A stretch of DNA of 46,596 nt, taken from the NCBI GenBank assembly GCA_031368095.1, contig JANLQX010000376.1:1-46596 (forward strand). Reading direction: 5' to 3'. This DNA is from Actinomycetes bacterium. GTDB taxonomy: Bacteria > Actinomycetota > Acidimicrobiia > Acidimicrobiales > JANYDT01. Within the stretch, counting starts at the first letter, position 1, and each line of letters starts with the position of its first letter. The notes under the pieces are model-generated. The model saw nothing but the letters and a program-made list of their open reading frames with translations, had not been told where the DNA came from and ran no database searches. A program made the position numbers and the translations under genes. This document shows positions 1-9,506 of the stretch, piece after piece.

Positions 1-213
1 GCCGTCGAGGCGGCCACGGTGCATGCGTGGGCCGAGTTCGCCTGTGCGCTCTCGGCCATCGGCATCGTGCTACTCGATGTCATCGAGTGCACCCCATGGA
101 GCTGGGCCTCCGCCCATGCTCCGTCCGCCCCCTACCTGCCACGCGGCCGCGCCCTTGGCGGGCGAGACCTTCGAGGGGCAACCCGTCAGCGGCGGGCTAG
201 TTCCGCAAGGTGA
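1..213 (+). CDS. Hypothetical protein, 3' fragment running in from the window edge
   Basis: Frame open from base 1 (AVEAATVHAWAEFACALSAIGIVLLDVIE...) to TGA at 211-213; converges on the hydrolase; no confident family. Confidence 0.35.
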   Translation, partial: AVEAATVHAWAEFACALSAIGIVLLDVIECTPWSWASAHAPSAPYLPRGRALGGRDLRGATRQRRASSAR

Positions 214-944
214 GCGGCGAGCTCGTTGGGCAGGGAGAAAAACGGCGAGTGGCTCGCCGTCAGCGTGATCGTCTCGAAGCTCGGCGCCGCGCTGCGCACC
301 GACTCAACCAGGGCGTCTTGCACCTCAATCGGAATCGTGCGGTCCTCGGTGCAACGAATGTAGGTGCCGGCAATGGTGGCGAGCGGATCACCGCTGATGG
401 AGCTCGCCATGTTCCCCATCGGTTGTGCACTCAAATGCGCGGCGGCGAACACCACGTCAGCATCGTCGCAATCACCGTAGAACGCCGCCTTTGCCGCCGC
501 CATGTCCGTGGTGTCGATGGTCGAGAGTCCATCGTCTCCTTGGCGAATCAGCGGGCCGAGCAACGACTGGGAGTGATCAGCGGGCACCCCGAAAAAGGTC
601 TGGCCGGGGGCCGTGGCAATGGCGCAGAGGTACACCAGCCGAGCGACCTTGTCCGCGGTGGCGGCCACGCTGGCGGCCTCGCTGATGATGAGCCCACCGT
701 AAGAGTGACCGACCAGCATCACCGGACCGTCGATCGTCGCCACGACCTCGCGCAAACGCTGGGCGTCGGCGGCGAGATCGCCAAGCGGACCGGGGTCGTC
801 ACCGTGGCCGGGCATGTCCGGGGCAACCACCGAAAGTCCGTGTTCGTTCAGCGCCGAGACCGTCTTGTTCCAACACCATGCTCCATGCCAAGCGCCATGC
901 ACGAGAACGACGGTCGGAGCGGCAGCAGGATCGGTTGAGCTCAT
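186..944 (-). CDS. Alpha/beta fold hydrolase (esterase-like)
   Basis: VVLVHGAWHGAWCW, GHSYGG nucleophile elbow, D in TEDRTIP, H in ASHSPF; start set at ATG 944 (MSSTD). Confidence 0.9.
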   Translation of the reverse strand: MSSTDPAAAPTVVLVHGAWHGAWCWNKTVSALNEHGLSVVAPDMPGHGDDPGPLGDLAADAQRLREVVATIDGPVMLVGHSYGGLIISEAASVAATADKVARLVYLCAIATAPGQTFFGVPADHSQSLLGPLIRQGDDGLSTIDTTDMAAAKAAFYGDCDDADVVFAAAHLSAQPMGNMASSISGDPLATIAGTYIRCTEDRTIPIEVQDALVESVRSAAPSFETITLTASHSPFFSLPNELAAHLAELARR

Positions 945-1038
945 GACCCGAGTTTGGCGCAAACGAGCCGAGGCAGGACAACCGCCACGAACGTCGTTCA
1001 CTCCAAAGCACCGCGAACCCTCTTGTAACGTCGGTCTC

Positions 1039-2418
1039 GTGACTCGGCGTCTCTCCGGATTGATTTCGAAATGGACGCTGGGCATTGTTTTCGTGAGCGC
1101 GCTGGCAATTCTGTCGTCGGCCACCACAGTTCATGCCCAGTCCCCCGAACCGACCACCACGATCGCCCCTGCGCCAGAAACAACGGCGGCGCCCACGACC
1201 ACCGCCGTGCCGTTACCGCTCGCGCCGGTGACGTATGTGGCCGACGTGCTCGCCTTCATCGAGCGCTACGCCTACCGCGTGCCGCTGGTTGATTGGCCGG
1301 CAATCCGTTCTCGGGCCGAAGCGAAAGCCGCCGGCGCCGTCACCATCGCCGACACCTATCCGATCATTCTCGAAGCGGTGAAGGCCCTGGGCGACAAGCA
1401 CTCGTCGTTCACCAAACCAGTGGATGCGGTCAAGCAAACCGCCGGGAACTACACCGGGTTCGGGTTCCTCGCTTCGATGCCGAGCCGCGTGGTCGTCACC
1501 ATTGCGCCGGGCGGGCCAGCCGCCCGGGCAGGCTTGCGCGTCGGAGATCGCATCGACAAGGTCGACGGCAAGACCCCGCCGATTGTCGGCAATGCTCTCG
1601 CCGTCGGCCGACGCACCGACGGAACCTTCGCCGACACCGTAGTACTCCGGGTGGCGCGTCCACAGATGAAGCGGGCGATCACGCTCACCTTGCGGCGCGG
1701 TGAGGTCACGCTCGTGAGCATTCCCGTCACCACACCGCCACCGAAGGTTGTCATCCCTCGGGAGTTCGGGTACCTCGACGTGCCCGGCATCGTGGGCGAC
1801 GCGGGGGTCCAGAAGAACTTCGCCACGCAAGTGCAAGGTCTCATTCGTGATCTCGACGACGGCAGCCGGTGCGGATGGATCGTCGACCTTCGCAAGAACC
1901 GCGGCGGCTACATCTACGCATTGCTGGCCGGGCTTGGACCGCTGCTCGGCGACACCGTGGTCGGCGGTTCTCGCAACGCCAAGGGCGAGGTCACGTCGTG
2001 GTCCTACCGCGCAGGTGTGGTCTCGGCCGGTGACACCGCAACGGTCAGCGTCGACGCGCCCCATGTTCTCCGTCGACCTGGCGCTGCGGTCGCCGTGCTC
2101 ACGAGCGGCCTCACCGCAAGTGCCGGAGAGGCGTCGGTCATCTTCTTTCGAGGCGCAACCAACGCCCGCAGCTTCGGCGAGCCGACAATCGGGCTGACCA
2201 CGTTCAATATTCGCCACGCCCTTTCCGACGGCGCGTTTCTCGACATCACCAACGCTGTCGATGTCGACCGCAACGCCACGCCCTACGACGGGCCCATTGT
2301 CCCCGACGAGCCGGTGGCCATCGACTGGGTCGCGGTAAACAACGGCAACGACGCGGCGATGCAGTCCGCATCTTCATGGTTGCGTTCGCAACCGTCATGC
2401 ACGACCCCCGCCGCCTAG
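1039..2418 (+). CDS. S41 family C-terminal-processing peptidase with PDZ domain, secreted
   Basis: Signal peptide ending VHA-Q, P/T-rich linker, PDZ (GPAARAGLRVGDRI), IVDLRKNRGG, TASAGE, GEPTIG; GTG 1039 lies 7 nt after TAACGT. Confidence 0.85.
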   Translation: MTRRLSGLISKWTLGIVFVSALAILSSATTVHAQSPEPTTTIAPAPETTAAPTTTAVPLPLAPVTYVADVLAFIERYAYRVPLVDWPAIRSRAEAKAAGAVTIADTYPIILEAVKALGDKHSSFTKPVDAVKQTAGNYTGFGFLASMPSRVVVTIAPGGPAARAGLRVGDRIDKVDGKTPPIVGNALAVGRRTDGTFADTVVLRVARPQMKRAITLTLRRGEVTLVSIPVTTPPPKVVIPREFGYLDVPGIVGDAGVQKNFATQVQGLIRDLDDGSRCGWIVDLRKNRGGYIYALLAGLGPLLGDTVVGGSRNAKGEVTSWSYRAGVVSAGDTATVSVDAPHVLRRPGAAVAVLTSGLTASAGEASVIFFRGATNARSFGEPTIGLTTFNIRHALSDGAFLDITNAVDVDRNATPYDGPIVPDEPVAIDWVAVNNGNDAAMQSASSWLRSQPSCTTPAA

Positions 2419-2485
2419 CAATTTGTTGCGGAGTTTTTCGCCGCCAAGGCCCCTCTTGTCACACCCCCTCCGTACCATTGAGGAC

Positions 2486-3786
2486 ATGGAAGTTGTCGAC
2501 CCACACGAACTCATCACGGGGTTTCGGCGCATCGATTTTTCCATCGCGACGGCCATGGATCTGCGGGGTGTTCTCGATGATCTTCGCCGGGTCCGAGCCC
2601 GTATTGACCGCGTTGAAGCAGAAATCGCTCGACGGCTCCGCGCCACTTCGGCCAACCCAGAACGCGACGTCGCCAAGAGCGCGCAGCGATCGAACCGGCA
2701 CGGGGCGAAAGTTCTTGGTCGAGCAGACACTCTTGAGAAGACACCCTCTCTCGACGAGGCGTTGACGGCGGGAACGCTTGGAGGCGAACACGTCGACGCC
2801 TACGCCAAAGTGCTCAGATCGCTCGACGGGCCGGCGAAGAAAGGATTCGCCGAAGCTGCTCCTGCACTCATCGAGACCGCAGCTTCGTCAGGGGCCACGC
2901 CCGAAGAGTTCGCCGCCAGTCTCAACGCCGCGGCGGCGAAAATCGCCGCCGACGACGGTATGAGCCGATTCGAACAGCAACGCCGAGCGACCCGATTGCG
3001 AACGTGGACCGACCGAGCCCCACGGGCATGTGGCGACTCTCTGGGGCCTTCGACTCGGAGACTGGCATCATCCTGCATGGCCGCATTGAGGCGGCGATGG
3101 CCACCATGTTTGCTCAGAAAACACCGTCAACGGCACCGACTGAACCGGGCGGAAAGCAAGACTATCTCCGCGCTTTGGCGCTTCTCGCACTCACGTGCGG
3201 CCATGGTGGATCAACGCGAGAATCACCGTCATCCGATGAACCGGATGACTGGGATCAATTCACCGACTCACTCAGGGGCGAGGGCCAACGGTTCGGACGA
3301 CCCGAAGCAATCGTTGTTATCGACACGAACAACCTCGACGACGACGGCCGCCCTACCGTCGACTGGGGTATCCCGGTCACGATTCCGTGGAACCGGGTCC
3401 AAAGTTTCATCCGACGAGCCAAGCTTCGGCCCGTTACAGTGCAAAGCGGCGCGGTGATCGATGCCGATGGAGAACTTAACCTCGGTCGCACCACCCGCCT
3501 CGCCAACCGTGCTCAACGACGAGGCCTACGCGCGGTCTACGCAACGTGTGCGGTTCCCGGCTGCAATGTGTCGTTTAACCACACCAAGCCAGATCACCTG
3601 CACTGGTGGCGACATGGCGGTCCGACCGACTTCGGCAATCTCCTCCCGCTCTGCAGCAAGCACCACCACTGCGCCCATGAAGGCGGCTGGCTTCTCACCC
3701 TCGGACCCGATCGCGAACTCACCATCGAGCTTCCCGATGGTCAGATCATGCGCACCGGTCCGCCTCGCCGACAGGCTGCGGCGTGA
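2486..3786 (+). pseudogene. DUF222 / HNH endonuclease (13E12-repeat-like), frameshifted near 3017-3021
   Basis: N-terminal frame reads ...RLRTWTDRA, second frame continues TGMWRLSG...CAVPGC...DHLHWWRHGGPTDFGNLLPLCSKHH (HNH); the frame changes in a C run. Confidence 0.75.
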
Positions 3787-3805
3787 CAGGCCGCCGCGTG
3801 ATCGC

Positions 3806-5605
3806 CTACCAGCGGACGGGGTCGACCTCGACTCGAACGCGTTCCGATGGTCGATCGACGGTGGCCAACGCGTCGGCCAGGGCGGCGGCGCTCGGAGCCG
3901 AAACGATGAACGGTCCGACTGACGGGCCGATCCGACGAAGCTCGCCGCCCGGGGTCGTGATGATCGCCTCGAGCGAGTTCGCAACAGCGCCGGAGCCGGC
4001 TCCGCTCACCCGGGCCACGGCCACCGGAGGGGCATACCCGAGGGCTTGGAGCGGCGCCACAAGTTCCGCCGAAAGACCTGCCGCATCGGCCTGGCCAAGC
4101 GCTCGCATCACCGGGTGGTCGGGTTGGCGGGTCACGAGCAGGACACGGCCGTCGGCACCCACCAGTCTCGCCGCTCGAAGAACGAGAGCCACGAACGAAT
4201 CACCAGCGCGCATACGAGGAGCGAGAAGTTCAGCGTCGGCATCGAGGATGATCACCGTGTCCGCCCGCCCGGCGGCATGGAGCACGGCCTCGGTGCCGAT
4301 CAACACGTCTGCGCCGCCGGTCTCCACGTTGTCCGCACCGGCCACGACTTCAACGACGGGCCGCTGGGCCAATGCCTCCAGATCCTCACGCAGGCGGGCG
4401 GTGCCCGGCCGGAGATGGCGCATGCGGCCACCACCGCAGGCCCGACACACCACGGGACTCAGCGTGTCGCATCGGCCACAGTGCAGGACCAGATCGCCGG
4501 TCGGCTGTTGCATCGCCGAACCACACGTAGGACACTCTGCGATCGCGCCACACGCCCGGCAATCGAGCAACCGAGCGCGACCGGTCCTATTCAGTACACA
4601 TAGGACTCGCCCTGGGCGACGGAGCACACCGGTCAACGACGGCGCCACGATCGGAACGCGACCCGGCTCCTCGGTCGTGCGATCAACGATCTCGATGATC
4701 GGCCAACCGGCCCGCTCGATTCGCCGGTCTGGAAAGAGAACGCGGCCCGATGCCAACGCGATTGCTTCGGGGCTCGGGACCGGGCTCACCAGGAGGCACG
4801 CCACGCCAAGGCGCCGGGCGCGTTCAACGACCACGTCGCGCCCATGCCACGTGGGCGCCCGTTCGTCCTGGTACGCCTCATCGTGTTCGTCGAGCACGAT
4901 CGCCGCACCGAACGACGAGCATGGCGCCCAGGCCGCCGAGCGAGCGCCGATCACGATCGCCCCCGGCACCGCCGCGCGAGCCCAGTCATCGGGGAGCAGG
5001 GCCACCGGGGCCCCCGCACGCCGCAATCGACGGGCCATGTCGCGGGCCACCGCAACCTGCGGAGCCAGGACGAGCAATCCGGCCGGGCCAACCGCACGAG
5101 CCGCCTCCAGCGTCAGCTCGAACGCATCGGCCAGCACCGGCCAGCGAACGACGGACACGTCGTTCGAACGAACCGCCGAACCAACGTCGATCCCCGAGGC
5201 GATCCCAACCATGTGCCCCGGTCCGACCGGCAGCAACGCCGGATCAAGAACCCGGGCCGCGGGAAGCCCTCGGACGAACACGTCGGGCGACGCCATTCGC
5301 AAGAACGTGGCCGGCCTCCCCCACCATCGCCACGCCGCCCACCGTGACAGTCCTAGGAGTTCTCGAGGGGGACCAAAAGAGCTGACCTTCGACACCGCCA
5401 ACAAATGGGCAGCATCGACCGCCGGAGCAACGTTCAGGCCAACGACCCACGCTCCCACACGCCGCCCATGCAACGGCACCCGCACGAGCGTCCCCAATCG
5501 CACCTCGGTCGCACCGACCAACGAGTCAGGAAGGAGGTAGTCGAACGTTTTTTCAATTGCCGGTACGTCAACGAGTACCCGCACCACCCGGCCGACCCCG
5601 CTCAC
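3806..5605 (-). CDS. priA: Primosomal protein N' (actinobacterial type, degenerate helicase motifs)
   Basis: TFDYLLP, VRVPLHGRRV, IGARSAAWAP, four CxxC zinc-finger pairs, PGTARLREDL, LIGTE; directly after metK. Confidence 0.85.
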   Translation of the reverse strand: MSGVGRVVRVLVDVPAIEKTFDYLLPDSLVGATEVRLGTLVRVPLHGRRVGAWVVGLNVAPAVDAAHLLAVSKVSSFGPPRELLGLSRWAAWRWWGRPATFLRMASPDVFVRGLPAARVLDPALLPVGPGHMVGIASGIDVGSAVRSNDVSVVRWPVLADAFELTLEAARAVGPAGLLVLAPQVAVARDMARRLRRAGAPVALLPDDWARAAVPGAIVIGARSAAWAPCSSFGAAIVLDEHDEAYQDERAPTWHGRDVVVERARRLGVACLLVSPVPSPEAIALASGRVLFPDRRIERAGWPIIEIVDRTTEEPGRVPIVAPSLTGVLRRPGRVLCVLNRTGRARLLDCRACGAIAECPTCGSAMQQPTGDLVLHCGRCDTLSPVVCRACGGGRMRHLRPGTARLREDLEALAQRPVVEVVAGADNVETGGADVLIGTEAVLHAAGRADTVIILDADAELLAPRMRAGDSFVALVLRAARLVGADGRVLLVTRQPDHPVMRALGQADAAGLSAELVAPLQALGYAPPVAVARVSGAGSGAVANSLEAIITTPGGELRRIGPSVGPFIVSAPSAAALADALATVDRPSERVRVEVDPVRW

Positions 5606-5643
5606 GACACTGCCGGCATGTCAACGAGCACGCGCACCACCCG
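5558..5643. repeat. Diverged 33-bp direct repeat (5558-5590 / 5611-5643) duplicating the priA 5' end
   Basis: tgccggtacgtcaacgagtacccgcaccacccg vs tgccggcatgtcaacgagcacgcgcaccacccg (29/33). Confidence 0.9.
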
Positions 5644-5695
5644 ACCCGCCCGACCAGCCGCGCTCACCGCACGGCCGATCGGCACGGCAATCGGA

Positions 5696-6889
5696 TCAGA
5701 GTCCGGCAGCGGCCTTGAAGGCGTCGAGCTTCGACGTGATTTCCCACGTGAAGCCCGCCTCGCTGCGGCCGAAGTGACCGTAGGCCGCCGTCTTCTTGAA
5801 GATCGGCTTGCGCAGGTCGAGGTCGCGGATGATGGCCGCCGGACGAAGGTCGAACACGTCGTGGACGGCGGCCTCGATCTTGGCCGGGTCGATGGTGGCG
5901 GTACCGAACGTTTCGACATAGATCGAAACGGGCCGGGCCACACCGATGGCATAGGCAACCTGCACTTCGCAGCGGTCGGCGGCGCCCGAAGCAACAACGT
6001 GCTTGGCGACCCACCGGGCGGCGTAGGCAGCCGAGCGGTCGACCTTGGACGGATCCTTGCCGGAGAACGCGCCACCACCGTGACGGGCGGCGCCGCCGTA
6101 GGTGTCGACGATGATCTTGCGACCGGTCAGGCCGGTGTCGCCGTGGGGACCACCGATGACGAAGTTGCCGGTCGGGTTCGACAGAAACTTGTAGGCATCG
6201 TTGGCGTACTCGGCCGGCACGACTGGCTTCACGACCTTTTCCATGAGGTCCACATGCAACTCGTTGGTGAGATCGACGCCCGACGCGTGCTGGGTCGAAA
6301 TCAGTACCGTTCGCAGAGCCACCGGACGACCGTCTTCGTAGTCGAAGGTGACCTGGGTCTTGCCGTCGGGACGCAGGTACGCAATGGAACCGTCCTTACG
6401 GACCTTGGTGAGCTGCTCGGCCATCCGGTGCGCCAGCCAGATCGGTAGGGGCATCAGGTCAGGCGTCTCGTTGCAGGCGTAGCCGAACATCATTCCCTGG
6501 TCGCCGGCGCCCTGGGCATCGAGCTCGCCGTCGATGTCATGTTCTGTGCGCATCTCGAAGGCCTTGTCGACGCCCATGGCGATGTCCGGCGACTGCTCGT
6601 CGATCGAGACGATCACGCCACACGTGTTGCCGTCGAATCCCTTGCGGGCATCGTCGTAGCCAATCTCATTGACCGTGGAGCGAGCGAGCTTGGCGATGTC
6701 GACGTAGGCCGACGTAGTGATTTCGCCGGCGACGACCACAAGACCGGTCGTGAGCAACGTTTCGCAGGCCACCCGGGCCATCGGGTCCTCGGCAATGATG
6801 GCATCGAGGACCGCGTCAGAAACCTGATCCGCCATTTTGTCCGGGTGACCTTCGGTCACCGATTCTGACGTGAACGTCCATGTAGCCAT
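5696..6889 (-). CDS. metK: S-adenosylmethionine synthetase
   Basis: [34 protein letters not shown]. Confidence 0.99.
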   Translation of the reverse strand: MATWTFTSESVTEGHPDKMADQVSDAVLDAIIAEDPMARVACETLLTTGLVVVAGEITTSAYVDIAKLARSTVNEIGYDDARKGFDGNTCGVIVSIDEQSPDIAMGVDKAFEMRTEHDIDGELDAQGAGDQGMMFGYACNETPDLMPLPIWLAHRMAEQLTKVRKDGSIAYLRPDGKTQVTFDYEDGRPVALRTVLISTQHASGVDLTNELHVDLMEKVVKPVVPAEYANDAYKFLSNPTGNFVIGGPHGDTGLTGRKIIVDTYGGAARHGGGAFSGKDPSKVDRSAAYAARWVAKHVVASGAADRCEVQVAYAIGVARPVSIYVETFGTATIDPAKIEAAVHDVFDLRPAAIIRDLDLRKPIFKKTAAYGHFGRSEAGFTWEITSKLDAFKAAAGL

Positions 6890-6961
6890 GGGGAACCCCT
6901 TTTTGTTGAGCCGCCTGAAGTTCAGACGGTGGTGGTATCTCCGTTGAGAGCGGCGGAAACG

Positions 6962-8185
6962 CTAGCCGTTGGCGGCGCGCGCCGAAAGAGTTGCCGCGAG
7001 GCAGGTACGGGCGGCATCAAGCACGGCCGTGGCAATCGCATCTTTGGACGAAAGCCCGATGGTGCTGGCCGAACCATCGGCGGCAAAGATCGTGACGGCG
7101 TTGGTGTCGTGCTCGAACCCGACACCGGGAGCGCTCACGTCGTTGGCCACGATCAGGTCGAGATTCTTGCGAGCCAACTTTCCCCGGGCATGTGCTTCGA
7201 GGTCGTCGGTCTCGGCGGCGAAGCCCACGATGACTTGACCCGGCCGCTTCGCCGCACCGAGCGCAGCCAGGATGTCCACGGTCGGCTCCAGGACAACCTG
7301 GGGCGTTGCGCCGTCTTTCTTGATCTTCGATGACGCCACCGCGGCAGGCCGGAAATCGGCGACGGCGGCCGCCATGACAATCACATCGGCCGCCCCCGCC
7401 ACGGCGATCATCGCGTCGTGCATCTCGGCCGCCGTGTTCACCCGGGTAACAACGGCGGATTCAGGAGCCCGGAGGCCAACCGTGGAGACAAGGGTGACGA
7501 TCGCCCCTCGGGCCGCGGCGGCGTGGGCGATGGCGTAGCCCTGCTTTCCCGAGGACCGGTTGCCGATGTAGCGGACCGGATCGATCGGCTCGCGGGTACC
7601 GCCCGCCGAAACCACCACCCGGAGACCGGCGAGGTCGCCTTGCCGGGAATCGAGGATGCGGGCCGCCTCCGCCACGATTTCCGCCGGCTCTCGCATCCTC
7701 CCTTTACCGACGTCACCCGACGCCAGCGCCCCGTCGCCCGGCTCGAGCACGTGCACGCCACGCCGGCGCAACGTGGCCAGGTTCTCGGTCACCGCCGCGT
7801 GTTCCCACATCTCGGTATGCATCGCCGGACAGACAAGCACCGGTGCTGATGTGGCCAGCAGGGTGGCAGTCAGCAGGTCGTCGCTGATGCCGGCGGCGTA
7901 ACGACCAAGCAGGCGTGCCGTGGCCGGGGCCACGACAACGAGGTCGGCACTGCGTCCGATAGTGGTGTGGGGGCTCGGAAGAGGGTCGTCCCACAACGAG
8001 GTGTGCGCCGGTTCACTCGCAAGCGCGCTGAAAGTCAGCACGCCTACGAATCGCAATGCATCATCGGTGAGAACCGGGATCACATAGGCCCCGGCATCGA
8101 ACAGCCGCCGACAGACCTCAACTGCTTTGTACGCGGCAATGCCACCGCTCACGCCGACGACAACGCGCCGTCCGCGAAGCGACAT
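6962..8185 (-). CDS. coaBC: Bifunctional phosphopantothenoylcysteine decarboxylase/ligase
   Basis: GVSGGIAAYK, PAMHTEMW, AGGTREPIDPVRYIGNRSSGKQG, VGFAAET, ANDVS; start could be GTG 8188. Confidence 0.97.
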   Translation of the reverse strand: MSLRGRRVVVGVSGGIAAYKAVEVCRRLFDAGAYVIPVLTDDALRFVGVLTFSALASEPAHTSLWDDPLPSPHTTIGRSADLVVVAPATARLLGRYAAGISDDLLTATLLATSAPVLVCPAMHTEMWEHAAVTENLATLRRRGVHVLEPGDGALASGDVGKGRMREPAEIVAEAARILDSRQGDLAGLRVVVSAGGTREPIDPVRYIGNRSSGKQGYAIAHAAAARGAIVTLVSTVGLRAPESAVVTRVNTAAEMHDAMIAVAGAADVIVMAAAVADFRPAAVASSKIKKDGATPQVVLEPTVDILAALGAAKRPGQVIVGFAAETDDLEAHARGKLARKNLDLIVANDVSAPGVGFEHDTNAVTIFAADGSASTIGLSSKDAIATAVLDAARTCLAATLSARAANG

Positions 8186-8203
8186 CACGCTGGCGTCCAA
8201 AAA

Positions 8204-8488
8204 TCAGGCGGTAGCTTCGGGTGCCTCGGCAACGACGACGCCCGGAGCGCCTCGGAAGCCGACCTTGTCGGCCGAAATCTCTTCGAGCGCAATCGAGAGC
8301 GGCTTGCGGCTGGTGGACGCAACCTGCGGAGGGACGATGTTTCCGAGACCGTCACCGAGGTGGGAGAAGTAGCTATTGATCTGACGAGCCCGACGCGAGG
8401 AGACAGTCACAAGCGTGAATTTGGAGCCGGCCCGCTCAAGAAGACCTTCGATGGGCGGATCGATCAGGCTGGAACGACGTGTTGCCAT
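8204..8488 (-). CDS. rpoZ: RNA polymerase omega subunit
   Basis: PPIEGLL...SKFTLV...RRARQIN...KPLSIALEEI; between gmk and coaBC. Confidence 0.95.
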   Translation of the reverse strand: MATRRSSLIDPPIEGLLERAGSKFTLVTVSSRRARQINSYFSHLGDGLGNIVPPQVASTSRKPLSIALEEISADKVGFRGAPGVVVAEAPEATA

Positions 8489-8539
8489 GGGGTGTCCTCG
8501 GTGATGTCAGGTGGAGCGCGCCGAGAGTCTGTGAGTTCG

Positions 8540-9127
8540 TCAGTTCGACGAACGACGCAAACGGTGCGCAGATACGATACCAGCGACCTCGGCCACTGCC
8601 CGTTCGAGCACGTCGTTGACCACCACATGGTCGGCAATGAGGTGTCCAACCGCTTCCTCGGCGTCGGCCTTGGCGAGCCGCTTGGCGATCACGGATTCGT
8701 CGTCGCCTCGCGCCCGGAGACGGTCGTGCTGGGCTTCGCGGCTCGGCGGCTCGACGAAAATCAGGATGGCCGTCGGAAAGCGGTTCCGGACCTGCTGGGC
8801 GCCTTGCACGTCGATTTCCAGAACCACATCGGATCCCGCCGGCGGCGTCGGGAGCGGGGTTCCGTAGAGATTGGCGAACACCTCGGCATGCTCGAGAAAC
8901 CCGTCGGCCGCGCCATGGGCAAGAAACGTCTCCCGATCGACGAATCGGTAGGCGTAGGGCGACTCGCCGCTACGTCGGGCTCTCGTTGTCCAGCTCCGTG
9001 AGAGCCAGAGCGACGGATCGGCTTCGACCAGTGCGTCGACGATCGTGCCCTTCCCGGTGCCGCTCGGCCCGGAGAGCACGAAGATCAGCGGCGCTGCCCC
9101 AGACTGCACCGTTGCGGCGTCACTCAC
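8540..9127 (-). CDS. gmk: Guanylate kinase
   Basis: LSGPSGTGKGT P-loop, SWTTRARRSGE, YGTP, LEIDVQGA; GTG start overlapping the mihF end. Confidence 0.96.
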   Translation of the reverse strand: MSDAATVQSGAAPLIFVLSGPSGTGKGTIVDALVEADPSLWLSRSWTTRARRSGESPYAYRFVDRETFLAHGAADGFLEHAEVFANLYGTPLPTPPAGSDVVLEIDVQGAQQVRNRFPTAILIFVEPPSREAQHDRLRARGDDESVIAKRLAKADAEEAVGHLIADHVVVNDVLERAVAEVAGIVSAHRLRRSSN

Positions 9128-9440
9128 CGCCAAGGAGACCTAGGAGCTTTGCCTTCTGCTGTTCGCCGAGGCCTTGGAGACGGCGGGTTTCGGCAATGCC
9201 AACGGTCTCCAGAACCTTTCGTGCCTTGACCTTGCCCAGACCAGGCAGTGACTCCAGGATCACGAGGACTTTCGTCTTGGCGATCGTGTCATCAGTTTTC
9301 GCCAACTCCAGTACCTCGGGGAAACTAATGGAGCGCATCTTGAGACGTTCTTTGATCTCCGCTCGGACCCGTCGGGCTTCGGCCGCCTTGGCCAGCGCGG
9401 CGTTACGAGCTTCCTCGGAAAGGATCGGGGGAAGAGCCAT
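9120..9440 (-). CDS. mihF: Actinobacterial integration host factor
   Basis: MALPP...RNAALAKAAEARRVRAEIK...LESLPGLGKVKA...RRLQGLG. Confidence 0.95.
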   Translation of the reverse strand: MALPPILSEEARNAALAKAAEARRVRAEIKERLKMRSISFPEVLELAKTDDTIAKTKVLVILESLPGLGKVKARKVLETVGIAETRRLQGLGEQQKAKLLGLLGGE

Positions 9441-9506
9441 GCAACCACGGTAGTCCGGTCATTTTGTATCGATCGACGGAGGGTCTCCCGGTGTTACTTT
9501 TGCCAC

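Noticed and set aside
1-213. GIVLLDVI resembles the RadC/JAB C-terminal motif
   Set aside because: The fragment is truncated by the window edge and lacks the DH motif; insufficient evidence.
3783-5540. 585-aa plus-strand ORF antisense to priA (similar long antisense ORFs at 5405-6448, 7967-9001, 19876-21006, 36049-37077, 42590-43960)
   Set aside because: Shadow ORFs expected in high-GC DNA; no motifs, and the opposite strand carries the better-supported gene.
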